A stretch of DNA of 64,000 bases. Source: an uncultured Anaerolineales bacterium. Lineage in GTDB: Bacteria > Chloroflexota > Anaerolineae > B4-G1. How positions within the stretch are numbered: the stretch's first letter is position 1; each line of letters starts with the position of its first letter. This document shows, one piece after another, positions 9,450-18,643 of this stretch. A model generated the notes under the pieces. It made no database searches. It had not been told where the DNA came from and saw nothing but the letters and a program-made list of their open reading frames with translations. The stretch lies in NCBI GenBank assembly GCA_964530325.1, contig CAZHAX010000001.1, forward strand, positions 186,128-250,127, written 5' to 3'. The position numbers and the translations under genes were made by a program.

Positions 9450-10496
9450 TCAGTCCGGGACAGACTCAAGGGGATCTGGCGTGGCCGGGTCCAGGCCGAG
9501 CGTCGGGGCCATCGCCCGGGTCGAGCGATCGGTGATGAACTCGACCCAGAGGGGGAAGTGGTCGGAGACGCGATAGGACATCTGGCGAAGCGTGATCTCC
9601 TGGTACACGGCGCCTGAGAAGTCGATCACGCCGGCGCGCCCCGTGTAGTCCAGGTCGAAGTCGCCCATGAACCAGGCGATGTGGTCGTAGTACTTCGGCT
9701 CGGTCCCGTAGGTGGTCTTCAAGCCCAGTAGCTCTGAGGGGACGATGAGGCCGGTGGAGACGAAGGTCTGGAAGAGCGGGTTGTTGCCCCGCTTGTCTAT
9801 GTTGAAGTCGCCGAGGACGATGAGATTCGCCTCCTCCGCTTCGGCGATCCTGGCCCGATCGCGTATCTCGGCTGCGGCGTACCGGGCCAGTGCACGTAGC
9901 TCCGGGAGCCGCTCCTCTGGCACATCGCCGTACTTGATGTGGACGGTGAGCAGAACGAAGCGCTCATCACCGGAGACGAAACCGACGATGTAGGGTGTGC
10001 GGGCGAACTGGTCCGCCGCCAGCGGCGCCCTGTCCCGCCCCTCGAAGGGCGGCAGGACGATCTCGCCGGCCAGGCCGGATGGCTGCACCCGCCGCTGGTC
10101 GTAGATGAAGGCCAGGCGCTCTGCGTTGCCGGCTGAGCCGGCGGTGACGTCGCTGACGATCATGCCCCAGTTCGGTCCCAGGAAGTCGCTGAGGAGGGCC
10201 CGGATGCCGGACGTATCTCGCTTGACCTCCTGAATGGCGATGACGTCGAAGCGGCGGACAATCTCAGCAATCGAAGCGAGCGACCGCAGATTGCGCTTGG
10301 GCGTGCCGGGGTTCTCGTCCCATCCGGGGGAGTAGTCGCCGAGAGCTCTGATATTCCAGGTGCCCACCAGCAGGTTGCTGTCCGACCGCTTGTCGGGCAG
10401 GCCGGACTGGTCGATGCGCCGCCTGAGCCTGGCGATGTCCTCAACGACCGGGAGAGGGTAGTCCGCGTACCTCATGCTCGCACCTCCTGTGCGCAC
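9450..10496 (-). CDS. Endonuclease/exonuclease/phosphatase (EEP, DNase I-like) family protein
   Basis: LLVGTWNIRALG, FDVIAIQEV, LIVLGDFN, SDHFPLWVEF are canonical EEP motifs. Alternative start at 10475 (MRYADYP). Confidence 0.8.
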   Translation of the reverse strand: MRTGGASMRYADYPLPVVEDIARLRRRIDQSGLPDKRSDSNLLVGTWNIRALGDYSPGWDENPGTPKRNLRSLASIAEIVRRFDVIAIQEVKRDTSGIRALLSDFLGPNWGMIVSDVTAGSAGNAERLAFIYDQRRVQPSGLAGEIVLPPFEGRDRAPLAADQFARTPYIVGFVSGDERFVLLTVHIKYGDVPEERLPELRALARYAAAEIRDRARIAEAEEANLIVLGDFNIDKRGNNPLFQTFVSTGLIVPSELLGLKTTYGTEPKYYDHIAWFMGDFDLDYTGRAGVIDFSGAVYQEITLRQMSYRVSDHFPLWVEFITDRSTRAMAPTLGLDPATPDPLESVPD

Positions 10497-10670
10497 CTGT
10501 GGGCTAGGAGGGCAAGGGGGTGGCCGGCGGCTGGGCCAGGAAGCGAGCCGCCCCTGCGTGTGCCGCTTCCCCAGACTACGCTGTCCGGTGCCCCCGCCCT
10601 CCGTTGCACCGTGAGGCCGATCGATCCAGCCGGCCTGGTGGGCAGATTGTACTCCCGGACCAGGACAGTG

Positions 10671-11180
10671 TCAACGGCCAGACGGCCGGAGGAGGCGGGC
10701 AACTCCCGAGACCAGGTTCACGCGGGGCACCTTCTCGGCGTAGCGCCGATACTCGTCGCCAAAGCGGCTCAGGTTGAAGCGCTCCGCGTCCGGCAGGATT
10801 CCGAAGTATACCAAGGCAATGCCCACAGCGCCGAGGATGGCCACCAGCCAGTGCTGGACGATCAGAGCCAGACTGAGGTTGATCAACATGAAGGACAAGT
10901 ACTGGGGGTGGCGCACAATGGCGTAGGGGCCGGTGTCGACGAGCCTGGTCGTCTCCGTGTAGCTGGCGCCCTTGGCCACGCTGCCCCTTCTGCGCAGTTC
11001 GACTACCGGCCACCAGCCGAGTATGCACATGATGAACCAGGTGGCCCAGCCCAGAAACTGCACCGCTGGAAGGGTGGCCTGGCTGAAGAGGAACGGACTC
11101 AGCCCGAGCTGGATGACCAGTACGGCGATCCATGCGTACCAGCTTGCTGAAGCTCCGCGGCGCCAGCTGCTATCTGACAT
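10671..11180 (-). CDS. Isoprenylcysteine carboxyl methyltransferase (ICMT)/phospholipid methyltransferase family membrane protein
   Basis: Multiple TM helices. LVDTGPYAIVRHPQYLSFMLINLSLAL matches the ICMT/PEMT signature (GxY..VRHP.Y). Confidence 0.75.
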   Translation of the reverse strand: MSDSSWRRGASASWYAWIAVLVIQLGLSPFLFSQATLPAVQFLGWATWFIMCILGWWPVVELRRRGSVAKGASYTETTRLVDTGPYAIVRHPQYLSFMLINLSLALIVQHWLVAILGAVGIALVYFGILPDAERFNLSRFGDEYRRYAEKVPRVNLVSGVARLLRPSGR

Positions 11181-11243
11181 TGTGCGCTATTCCCTTCGTT
11201 GTCCCGAAGCGCCCGGCTCCGTGCCGGTGCGCCGGACGGTGAC

Positions 11244-11543
11244 CTAGCCAGGAATCCAGATCTGCTTCGCTTCGATCACTTCGCACAGTGGCGAAAGCGG
11301 CAGCGGCTCCCGCGACTTGGCGTAGAAGGCGAGGCCCTTGTAGGAGGTCAGATACCGGAAGGTGACTCCCAGGAACCGGCTCACGGAGACGACGACCAGG
11401 GGCCGGTCCTGGCGGCGCAGGATTTCCAGCAGCCCCTGTGGGTGAACGTGCACGATCGCCCCAGAGGCCTTTATCGCCTGGGCGATCGCGGCTCCACCCG
11501 CCGCGGCACTTGAAGCAGCACTCATTGCGTACCTCCTTGCCAT
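11244..11543 (-). CDS. Small hypothetical protein
   Basis: Protein-like composition (AIAQAIKASGAIVHVHPQGLLEILRRQDRPLVVVS...). No family recognised. Start could be the Met at 11525. A competing + ORF 11199..11513 is Arg-rich and less plausible. Confidence 0.35.
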   Translation of the reverse strand: MARRYAMSAASSAAAGGAAIAQAIKASGAIVHVHPQGLLEILRRQDRPLVVVSVSRFLGVTFRYLTSYKGLAFYAKSREPLPLSPLCEVIEAKQIWIPG

Positions 11544-11702
11544 CCGCTGGGCTGCCTTGTAGGTGGCCCTCGCTATCCCATTCTACATTCGAACGATGAG
11601 GCCGGCCAGCTCTGCCGCTGTCACTGAGATCTCCGCCTTGACAGAACCAGCCGTCCGCGCTATCCTTTCGGCCACTGGTCGTTCCCCTTCTGCCAGGATA
11701 CG

Positions 11703-12617
11703 ATGAGCACAGGCCGATGGTTGCGGACCGCAGGCATAGCTCGCGCACCGGCTCTCTTGGCCGTGTCCCTCGTGGCGCTGCTTGGCGCCACACTCTTCCT
11801 GCCCAGCCAGACGCCTGCGCAAGCATGCTGGGAGGTAGTCGAGACCCAAGACTGTCCGACGCTGCGGCCTGCCACGCCTTCGCCGGGGTGCAGTCCACTG
11901 CCCACTCCCAGCCCGACTCCTATCGATCTGCCTGTGCAGGCCCGCGTGCCTATCCTGATGTACCACTACGTCTCCGAGCTGCCGGCGGACGCGGATATCT
12001 ACCGGCGTGACCTCACGGTCTCTCCGGAGGGCTTCCGCGAGCAGCTTCAGTATATCGCAGACGCTGGCTATCACGCGGTTTCGCTTGTAGATATCCACCT
12101 CTACCTGACGCGCGGAATCCCTCTGCCGCACAAGCCCGTTGTCCTCAGCTTCGACGATGGCTACATCGATGCCTACGAGGTTGTATTCCCCTTGCTGCTG
12201 GAGTACGGCTTCACCGGAACCTTCTTCGTCCTGGCCACTCCCGCCCACCTGGCATCGCCCGCCTACCTGACCTGGGATCAGATGAAGGAGATGTCTGACG
12301 CAGGGATGGATATCCAGGGCCACGGTAGGGACCACATCGATCTGACCTACGAGTCGTACGACTCGCTCGTCTACCAAATCCTCGGCGTCCGGGAGGCGGT
12401 GGAGGCCCACACCGGTCGAGCCCCGCTCTACTTCTGCTACCCCTCCGGCCGGTACAACGATGATGTGATCGCCGTCGTGGAGGGCGCTGGCTACTGGGGC
12501 GCGGTGACGACGGAGTGGGGCAGGACTCACACCCTGGACGGGGCTTACGTGATGCCGCGCATCCGTATGCGCAGCAGCGACACGCTGGCTGATTTCGTAG
12601 ACAAGCTGGAGGGATAG
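11703..12617 (+). CDS. Secreted polysaccharide deacetylase (NodB/CE4 family)
   Basis: Signal/TM N-terminus. PILMYHYV, VVLSFDDGY, GHGRDHIDL are NodB catalytic motifs. The antisense ORF 11583..12785 is rejected. Confidence 0.8.
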   Translation: MSTGRWLRTAGIARAPALLAVSLVALLGATLFLPSQTPAQACWEVVETQDCPTLRPATPSPGCSPLPTPSPTPIDLPVQARVPILMYHYVSELPADADIYRRDLTVSPEGFREQLQYIADAGYHAVSLVDIHLYLTRGIPLPHKPVVLSFDDGYIDAYEVVFPLLLEYGFTGTFFVLATPAHLASPAYLTWDQMKEMSDAGMDIQGHGRDHIDLTYESYDSLVYQILGVREAVEAHTGRAPLYFCYPSGRYNDDVIAVVEGAGYWGAVTTEWGRTHTLDGAYVMPRIRMRSSDTLADFVDKLEG

Positions 12618-12632
12618 GTCGAGCGGAATGAA

Positions 12633-12672
12633 GGGGCGGGAGTCTACCCCGCCGCCCCTATCTTCAATCTGA
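12633..12672 (+). terminator. GC-rich hairpin plus U-rich tail downstream of deacetylase gene
   Basis: ggggcggg agtcta ccccgccgcccc followed by tatcttcaatctgatagctttt. Confidence 0.4.
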
Positions 12673-12678
12673 TAGCTT

Positions 12679-12702
12679 TTGACAGGGCCGCGGTGGTATA
12701 TT
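12679..12702 (+). promoter_or_regulatory. Candidate promoter for mevalonate operon: TTGACA then TGgTATATT extended -10
   Basis: ttgaca at 12679-12684. tggtatatt at 12694-12702 (TGn-extended -10). Spacing to the -35 is short (12 nt), so it probably functions as an extended -10 promoter. The track ORF 12679.. begins inside this element. Confidence 0.35.
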
Positions 12703-12804
12703 GATGCTGGACCGCCGGGGCCCGTCTGCGTACCGGCGGCTCCTATACGTCTGGAACCTATCTGTCTAATGGCAGGTGATAGCAACGGTGGCAGGTGTTC
12801 CCGT

Positions 12805-14079
12805 ATGGCCGGTTTCTACAGCCGGCCTCCGCAGGAGCGGATCGAGCTGGTCAGCCGTTGGGCAGCCCTGTCGCCAGAGGAAGCCAGCGTGCTAGGGAGC
12901 CGATGCGCGCTCGACTTGGCGCTGGCTAGTCGGCTGGTCGAGAACGTCGTCGGAGTGCACGGCCTGCCGCTCGCCATCGCGGTCAACTTCGTGGTTAATG
13001 GGCGAGACGTGTTGGTGCCCATGGCGGTGGAGGAGCCATCGGTGGTAGCCGGGGCCTCGGCCGCAGCCAAGCTGGCTCGCGAAGGCGGTGGCTTCAAGGC
13101 AGAGGCGACGGCACCGGAGATGATCGGCCAGCTGCAGGTACTGAACGTTGCCAATCCGGAACAGGCCCGCAGCCGCTTGCTGGAGTCGCGGGACGAGTTG
13201 CTGGCGCTGGCGGACGAGACGGATCCCGTGCTCGTCGGTCTGGGAGGAGGGGCGCGCGATCTGGAGGTGCGTCTCCTGGAGAATACGCCCGCCGGGCCGA
13301 TGCTCGTCGTCCACCTGATCGTCGACTGCCGGGATGCGATGGGAGCGAACGTAGTCAACACGGCGTGTGAAGCGCTGGCCGGTCCAGTAGAGCGGATCAC
13401 CGGTGGCAGGGTAGTGCTGCGGATCGTATCGAACCTGGCCGACAGGCGGTTGGCGAAGGCGCGCTGCTCGTTGCCTGAGGAGGGGCTGGCGCGAGACGAG
13501 TACTCGGGAGAAGAAGTGGCTCGGGGAATCGTCGATGCCTGGGCCCTGGCCGCGGCAGATCCGCACCGGGCTGCGACTCACAACAAGGGGATAATGAACG
13601 GCGTAGATGCAGTCGTTGTTGCCACAGGGAACGACTGGCGGGCCGTAGAGGCTGGGGCCCACGCCTATGCCGCTCGCACCGGGCGCTATGCCAGCCTGAC
13701 TACCTGGCAGCGCGATGGACAAGGCAATCTGGCCGGCGAGCTGGAGATGCCCCTGGCAGTGGGCACTGTGGGCGGAACGACGGGTGCCCATCCGACGGCG
13801 CAGGTCGCCCTCAAGATCCTGGGCGTGGAGACTGCAGGCGAGTTGGCAGAGGTGATCGCCTCGGTGGGCCTGGCTCAGAACCTGGCCGCGCTGCGGGCGC
13901 TGGCCACTGAGGGGATTCAGCGCGGCCACATGCGCTTGCATGCACGGCAGGTTGCGGCCGCCGCCGGTGCCCGCGGGGATGACATCGAGGAAGTTGCAGA
14001 GGGGATGCGGAGCGAAGGCACCATCCGGCCGGACCGGGCGGAAGCGATACTCGCACAGATCCGCAAACGGGACGTCTGA
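12805..14079 (+). CDS. Hydroxymethylglutaryl-CoA reductase, class II
   Basis: MAGFYSRPPQERIELV start with aggtg SD 7 nt upstream. ENVVG, DAMGANVVNT (class II signature, versus DAMGMN in class I) and GTVGG are present. About 425 aa, like P. mevalonii HMGR. Confidence 0.85.
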   Translation: MAGFYSRPPQERIELVSRWAALSPEEASVLGSRCALDLALASRLVENVVGVHGLPLAIAVNFVVNGRDVLVPMAVEEPSVVAGASAAAKLAREGGGFKAEATAPEMIGQLQVLNVANPEQARSRLLESRDELLALADETDPVLVGLGGGARDLEVRLLENTPAGPMLVVHLIVDCRDAMGANVVNTACEALAGPVERITGGRVVLRIVSNLADRRLAKARCSLPEEGLARDEYSGEEVARGIVDAWALAAADPHRAATHNKGIMNGVDAVVVATGNDWRAVEAGAHAYAARTGRYASLTTWQRDGQGNLAGELEMPLAVGTVGGTTGAHPTAQVALKILGVETAGELAEVIASVGLAQNLAALRALATEGIQRGHMRLHARQVAAAAGARGDDIEEVAEGMRSEGTIRPDRAEAILAQIRKRDV

Positions 14080-14105
14080 GCGGCGGCCCTTGTAGCTGTC
14101 ATCAC

Positions 14106-15179
14106 ATGAGTGGGAATACAGTCGGCAGCATATTGAAGCCTGATCGCGACGTCGGCATAGTGGGCTACGGAGCCTACCTGCCCAGGTACCGGCTGCCCGC
14201 CACTCAGGTGGCCCTGATCTGGACAGGCGAAGAGGGCGGGACGCCAGTGAAGGGCAAGGCCGTCGCCGGGCTGGACGAGGACGTGGTCACGATCTCGATC
14301 GAGGCGGCCCGCAACGCCGTCGCCCGGGCGGGTGAGCTGGACCCCGCTCTGATCCGGGCGGTGTGGGTGGGCAGCGAATCCCACCCTTATGCCGTGAAGC
14401 CGACCTCGACGATCGTGGCGGAAGCGATAGGCGCGACGCCTTTCACGCAGGCTGGCGACCTGGAGTTCGCCTGCAAGGCGGGGACGGAAGCGTTGCAGGC
14501 TGCCACTGGCTTCGTCGGCTCGAAGATGGCGGACTACGCTATGGCCGTAGGTGCCGATACGGCTCAGGCGAGGCCGGGCGATGCGCTTGAATACACAGCT
14601 GCCGCCGGCGGAGCGGCGTTTCTCGTGGGACCGGCTGGGGACAGCCTGGCCGTTTTCGAAGGCTCGCTCTCCTACGTAACAGACACCCCTGACTTCTGGC
14701 GCCGCGCGCACCAACCATATCCCTCCCACGGTGGCCGCTTCACTGGCGAGCCCGCCTACTTCAAACACGTGTTCGCCGCTGCAGCAGGCCTGATGGAGGG
14801 GATAGGGACGGGGCCGGGCGACTACGCCCACGTTGTATTCCACCAGCCCAACGTCAAGTTCCCTCAGACGGCGGCCAAGAAGCTGGGCTTCACCCAGGAG
14901 CAGTTCGAGGCCGGCCTTGTGGGCGGTGACATCGGGAACACCTACGCCGGGTCGTCGCTCATCGGGCTGACGGCTGTGCTTGACCTGGCGAAGCCGGACG
15001 AACGGGTGCTGCTCGTCAGCTACGGATCAGGCGCCGGGTCGGATGCCATATCTCTCCGGACGACGAAAGCTCTGGCCCAGCGCCGAGGCCGGGCGCTGCT
15101 CACGCGCGACTACATTGGCAGGCACACTGAAATCGACTACGGGACCTACGTCAGGTACAGCGGGAAGCTGCTCATATGA
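14106..15179 (+). CDS. Hydroxymethylglutaryl-CoA synthase, short archaeal-type (about 357 aa)
   Basis: VGIVGYGAYLPRYRL and SEAVGA..FTQAGDLEFACKAG are thiolase-fold condensing enzyme motifs. Length and N-terminus match the archaeal HMGCS that complexes with thiolase and DUF35. Confidence 0.8.
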   Translation: MSGNTVGSILKPDRDVGIVGYGAYLPRYRLPATQVALIWTGEEGGTPVKGKAVAGLDEDVVTISIEAARNAVARAGELDPALIRAVWVGSESHPYAVKPTSTIVAEAIGATPFTQAGDLEFACKAGTEALQAATGFVGSKMADYAMAVGADTAQARPGDALEYTAAAGGAAFLVGPAGDSLAVFEGSLSYVTDTPDFWRRAHQPYPSHGGRFTGEPAYFKHVFAAAAGLMEGIGTGPGDYAHVVFHQPNVKFPQTAAKKLGFTQEQFEAGLVGGDIGNTYAGSSLIGLTAVLDLAKPDERVLLVSYGSGAGSDAISLRTTKALAQRRGRALLTRDYIGRHTEIDYGTYVRYSGKLLI

Positions 15180-16336
15180 GAGAAGTCGCGGTCGTGGGCG
15201 TGGGGCAGACACCGGTGGCTGAGCACTGGGGTCTCTCGCTGCGTCATCTGGCCCTGCAGGCCGTTGAGGCTGCCGTGGCTGACGCCAGTGTGCCACAGAT
15301 CGACGCGCTCTACGTGGGGAACATGCTGTCCGGCGAGCTGGCCGGGCAGGAACATCTCGGCGCGCTGATCGCCGACTTCTCCGGTATGCGAGGGATCGAA
15401 GCGTTCAAGGTCGAGGCGGCTTGCGGCTCCGGCGCGGCGGCGCTTCGCCTGGGCTACCTGGCGGTAGGCAGCGGTGCAGCGGACACGGTCCTCGTCGTCG
15501 GCGTGGAGAAGATGACCGATGCGCTCGCCGAAGACACGACAGCGGCGCTTGCCCTTGCAGCCGATGGGGAGTACGAGGCTGCGCAGGGGGTCTCCTTTGT
15601 GGCCCTCAACGCCCTTCTGATGCGGCGTTACATGCACGAGTTCGGATACAGCCAGGCCGACTTCGCCGGCTTCGCGGTCAACGCCCACCGCAATGGGGCC
15701 AACAATCCGCAGGCAATGTTCCAGTTCGCGCTGAAGGCGGACAGGTTTGCCGCCGCCCGGATGATATGCGATCCGATCAACCTACTCGATAGCTCGCCGG
15801 TCTGTGATGGTGCCGCCGCCGTTGTGCTCGCGCCCGCGGAGCAGGCGGGCGATCTTTCAGCCGCGCCAGTGCGGATCGCCGCGTCCGCAGTGGGCACGGA
15901 TGCCCTGGCCGTGCACGATAGGAGCGACCCAATGGTGCTGGCCGGGGCCGCCATTGCCACACGGCGAGCCTACGATCAGGCCGGTGTCGGTCCCGATGAG
16001 ATCGACCTCTTTGAGTTGCACGGAGCCTTCGGCATAATGGCTGCGTTGAGCCTGGAGGCTGCGGGATTCGCGGAGAAGGGGAAGGGAGTCCGTCTGGCGA
16101 TGGAAGGCGAGATCGGGATTGAAGGGCGGGTGCCGATTGCCACAATGGGCGGGCTCAAGGCCCGCGGCCATCCAGTGGGTGCCACCGGCGTATATCAGGC
16201 AGTGGAGGTCGTGCAGCAGCTGCGCCAGCTGGCCGGAGCGAACCAGGTGGCGGACGCACGAGTGGGAATGGCCCAGAACATCGGCGGCAGTGGAGCGACG
16301 GCCTTCACCCATATCTTCGTCAGGATGGATGAGTGA
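15176..16336 (+). CDS. Acetyl-CoA C-acetyltransferase (thiolase), archaeal/SCP-x-like type
   Basis: MREVAVVGVGQTP...EAACGSGAAALRLGYLAVGSG is the thiolase active-site Cys context. ATGA overlap with HMGCS. Confidence 0.8.
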   Translation: MREVAVVGVGQTPVAEHWGLSLRHLALQAVEAAVADASVPQIDALYVGNMLSGELAGQEHLGALIADFSGMRGIEAFKVEAACGSGAAALRLGYLAVGSGAADTVLVVGVEKMTDALAEDTTAALALAADGEYEAAQGVSFVALNALLMRRYMHEFGYSQADFAGFAVNAHRNGANNPQAMFQFALKADRFAAARMICDPINLLDSSPVCDGAAAVVLAPAEQAGDLSAAPVRIAASAVGTDALAVHDRSDPMVLAGAAIATRRAYDQAGVGPDEIDLFELHGAFGIMAALSLEAAGFAEKGKGVRLAMEGEIGIEGRVPIATMGGLKARGHPVGATGVYQAVEVVQQLRQLAGANQVADARVGMAQNIGGSGATAFTHIFVRMDE

Positions 16337-16376
16337 AACGAAGCCTCCGGCCTGCTGTCGGCGCGGAGGCTGACCG

Positions 16377-16811
16377 ATGAGTAGAGAATTATGTGGGAGG
16401 ACTAGGATGAGTCTGGTTACGGATTGGAGAATCAACGCCCAGCGCTACCGGCTCGTTGGGGAGGTCTGCGAGGCGTGCGGCGCCAAGTTGTTCCCGCCGC
16501 GGGACGTCTGCCCCGAGTGCGAGGCAGCGGCCAAGACGCCTTTCGCATTCAGCGGCCGGGGAGAGGTCTATTCCTACAGCACGGTGCACCACGCCCCTCG
16601 TGGCTTCGAGGAGTTCGTGCCCTACACTGTGGCACTGGTCAAGCTCGAGGAGGGCCCACTGGTGACAGCGCAGCTCACTGACGTCGATGCCGACGACGTG
16701 AGCATCGGTATGCCGGTGGAGATGGTCACCCGCAAGATCCAGTCTGGGGACGAGCGGGACGTGATTGTCTACGGCTACAAGTTCCGGCCGGCGATGGCCG
16801 CCGCTGCGTAG
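16377..16811 (+). CDS. DUF35 OB-fold/zinc-ribbon protein (scaffold of thiolase/HMGCS complex)
   Basis: CxxC...CxxC zinc ribbon (CEACGAKLFPPRDVCPEC) followed by an OB-fold region. Alternative start at 16407. Confidence 0.7.
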   Translation: MSRELCGRTRMSLVTDWRINAQRYRLVGEVCEACGAKLFPPRDVCPECEAAAKTPFAFSGRGEVYSYSTVHHAPRGFEEFVPYTVALVKLEEGPLVTAQLTDVDADDVSIGMPVEMVTRKIQSGDERDVIVYGYKFRPAMAAAA

Positions 16812-16900
16812 CCCGCTCTACATAATCACAGTGTCCGGCCCAGTGTAGGGGCGACCCAAGCGTCGCCCCTATTGGTGTCCCACGGGCGGTAACAAACGCC

Positions 16901-18340
16901 ATGCGCCTGGCCCTGATCAACACGAACAGGATCAAACCCCCGATCGCTCCAATCGGCCTGGAATACGTCGCCGAGGCGGCGGACTCTGCCGGGCACGAGG
17001 TGCAGGTCCTCGACCTCTGCTGGGAGGAGGACGTCGATACCGCCATCGCCGGCTTCCTGCGCAGTTCTGCCTTCGATCTGATCGGCCTCACCCTCCGCAA
17101 CACCGACGATTGCTCCTTCGCCACCCGGGATTCGTTCGTCGGCGACCTGGCCGATCTGGTGACGTCGATACGGGCATCCGCCGAGGCGCCGACAGTCCTG
17201 GGGGGCGTTGGCTTCTCCGTGATGCCGGAACCGATCCTGGAACTGACCGGCGCCGACCTGGGCGTCTGGGGTGACGGCGAGTTCGCCATCGCCGCGCTCG
17301 CCGATTGTCTGCAAGCCGGGGCGGACTGGCGGGAGCAGGCGGCCCGGTCCCCGGCGAACCTCCCCGGAGTGGTCTGGAAGGCCGACGGAGAATGGCGCCG
17401 CAACCCCCCGTCCAAGCGGCCGCTGTCCGACCTGCCCCCGATGCGCAGGAACTGGGTCGACAACGCCCGCTACTTCCGGGAGGGCGGCCAGGCGGGGATC
17501 GAAACGAAGCGCGGCTGCCCGGGGAATTGCGTCTACTGCGCGGACCCGGTGGCGAAGGGACGAGAGGCCCGGCTGCGGCCCCCCGGGGCGGTAGTCGACG
17601 AGCTGGAGACGCTGCTGGCGCAGGGGGTCGATCACTTCCACACCTGTGACAGTGAGTTCAACATCCCCGAGACACACGCCCAGGCGGTCTGCGAGGAGAT
17701 CGTGGCCCGCGGGCTGGGGAGCCGGCTGCGCTGGTACGCCTACTGCGCTCCTGTCCCCTTCTGTGCCCAAACGGCTTCGCTGATGCGCCAGGCGGGCTGC
17801 GTGGGCATCAACTTCGGGGTCGACAGCGGCGACGCGGCCATGCTCAAGCGGCTTCGTCGAGCCTTCACCCCTGAGGCGATCCTCGAGGCAACACGCCTCT
17901 GTCGCGCACAGGGGATCACCGTGATGCTCGATCTGCTGCTCGGCTCGCCGGGCGAGACGAGGGACAGCCTGACCCGGACCGTAGAATTGATGAAGGCATC
18001 CGGCGCGGATCAGATCGGCGTGGCCCTCGGCGTACGTATCTACCCGGGCACGGAGCTCTGCAGCCGGCTGGAGCGGGATGGCCCGGCAGAGGGCCTTGTG
18101 GGCCGCGGGGACGCGTTGGAACCGCGCTTCTTCATCGAGCCGCAGGTGGAGCCCGGGGCCGGGAAGCTGCTGGACGAGCTGATCGCCGGGGACGAGCGCT
18201 TCCTCTTCTTCGATCCCTCCCGGCCGGAGAAGAACTACAACTACAACGCCAATCAGCGCCTGGTCGATGCGATCAGCGCAGGATACCGCGGCGCCTACTG
18301 GGACATCCTGCGCCGCTACAGGCCGGCTGCCGAGCCGTAG
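16901..18340 (+). CDS. B12-binding domain radical SAM protein
   Basis: N-terminal cobalamin-binding-like Rossmann (RLALINTN...DLIGLT). ETKRGCPGNCVYC is the CxxxCxxC radical SAM cluster motif. The antisense ORF 16826..19495 is rejected. Confidence 0.75.
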   Translation: MRLALINTNRIKPPIAPIGLEYVAEAADSAGHEVQVLDLCWEEDVDTAIAGFLRSSAFDLIGLTLRNTDDCSFATRDSFVGDLADLVTSIRASAEAPTVLGGVGFSVMPEPILELTGADLGVWGDGEFAIAALADCLQAGADWREQAARSPANLPGVVWKADGEWRRNPPSKRPLSDLPPMRRNWVDNARYFREGGQAGIETKRGCPGNCVYCADPVAKGREARLRPPGAVVDELETLLAQGVDHFHTCDSEFNIPETHAQAVCEEIVARGLGSRLRWYAYCAPVPFCAQTASLMRQAGCVGINFGVDSGDAAMLKRLRRAFTPEAILEATRLCRAQGITVMLDLLLGSPGETRDSLTRTVELMKASGADQIGVALGVRIYPGTELCSRLERDGPAEGLVGRGDALEPRFFIEPQVEPGAGKLLDELIAGDERFLFFDPSRPEKNYNYNANQRLVDAISAGYRGAYWDILRRYRPAAEP

Positions 18341-18384
18341 CTGGTCCAAGCGCCGATTCACCGCAGAGAGCTCATCCTGGAGAG

Positions 18385-18420
18385 GTGCCGGGCACTTGTC
18401 AGGTGCCCGGCACCTTCTTG
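18385..18420 (+). terminator. Rho-independent terminator after radical SAM gene
   Basis: Perfect stem ggtgccgggcac/gtgcccggcacc with loop ttgtcag, followed by ttctt. Confidence 0.6.
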
Positions 18421-18445
18421 ACACCCCTGCAGACCGTCCTATAAT
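18418..18445 (+). promoter_or_regulatory. Near-consensus sigma-70-type promoter for the pan/coa operon
   Basis: TTGACA (18418-18423), 16-nt spacer, TATAAT (18440-18445). Confidence 0.55.
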
Positions 18446-18564
18446 ACTCTTGCCGCGGACCGAGACGGCCGCGAGCCTGACGACAATCGCATAGACCGCA
18501 CCGCTTTGAGGTGCCGCTGGGATCGTGAAGGCGACCGAGACGGCAGGGTGAAGTGAGCGTCTCC

Positions 18565-18596
18565 CGACGGGGCCCCTGCTCCGTCGTTTCTTTTTC
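18565..18596 (+). promoter_or_regulatory. Leader hairpin plus U-tract (candidate attenuator or riboswitch expression platform) in the about 200-nt panB 5' UTR
   Basis: cgacgg ggcccctgct ccgtcg followed by tttcttttt, located 48 nt upstream of the panB ATG and about 120 nt downstream of the predicted -10. Confidence 0.4.
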
Positions 18597-18643
18597 CCTC
18601 GCTGTCGTCTTTCGCCGATCCGCACGAGAGACTGGAGGTCCTC

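Noticed and set aside
11583-12785. 400-aa minus-strand ORF
   Set aside because: Antisense to the polysaccharide deacetylase (NodB motifs). It spans a terminator and promoter.
12679-12804. TTG start at 12679 for the HMGR ORF
   Set aside because: The first codons are themselves the TTGACA and TGgTATATT promoter elements. The class II HMGR alignment begins near MAGFYS (12805), which has an SD.
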